Translations under genes and position numbers: made by a program | Source: Lingula anatina | Taxonomy: Eukaryota; Animalia; Brachiopoda | Length of the DNA stretch: 64,000 nt | Assembly (NCBI GenBank): GCA_051362555.1 | Contig: CM120643.1 | Coordinates: 11,568,644 to 11,632,643 of the forward strand | Reading direction: 5' to 3' | The notes under the pieces: model-generated | The model's input: the letters and a program-made list of their open reading frames with translations, nothing else | Databases searched by the model: none | Told to the model about the DNA's origin: nothing | In this document: positions 63,837 to 64,000 of the stretch, piece after piece | How positions within the stretch are numbered: position 1 is the stretch's first letter | Layout of the letters: every line of letters starts with the position of its first letter

Positions 63837-64000
63837 AACGGATATAGAATGATATGCTTTCAGATTAGCATATCCTATACCAGACAACCTGCTATGATGG
63901 TATACTATAATAGTTATGTAAACCCATCTTCACTGGAAACGCACCTTAACATTCATCTGAGCATGACTCGTTTCTTATTCCTCGACATGGTAATCTCTCT

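Overview
AT-rich eukaryotic (metazoan, probably marine invertebrate) genomic DNA. There are two host genes on the + strand: a complete 5-exon UBE2C (25329-29091, 180 aa) with a CHR/CCAAT G2/M-type promoter, and the first four coding exons of a plasma-membrane-type Na+/H+ exchanger (SLC9A, 30720 to >61186) with large MITE-filled introns. Bases ~6.1-21.7 kb hold a head-to-tail pile-up of copies of one I/Jockey-group non-LTR retrotransposon, all on the minus strand. One copy is split by a 4.1 kb Academ-type DNA transposon. A decayed histone H4 gene and a tRNA-Tyr 5' half lie in or beside the array. The main lead is that the best-preserved LINE copy is flanked by a 13-bp direct repeat (GGCAGATCATTCC) spanning the predicted start site of a CCAAT-CCAAT-TATA-CATTC (histone-like) promoter. 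The LINE 5' leaders contain stacked CATTC motifs, and three divergent copies keep a histone 3' stem-loop inside ORF1. This suggests a promoter-borrowing, histone-gene-associated retrotransposon; it is an inference that needs genome-wide testing. Several CAG..CTG MITE families make 5-bp (one 6-bp) target duplications. All alignments were made by eye.
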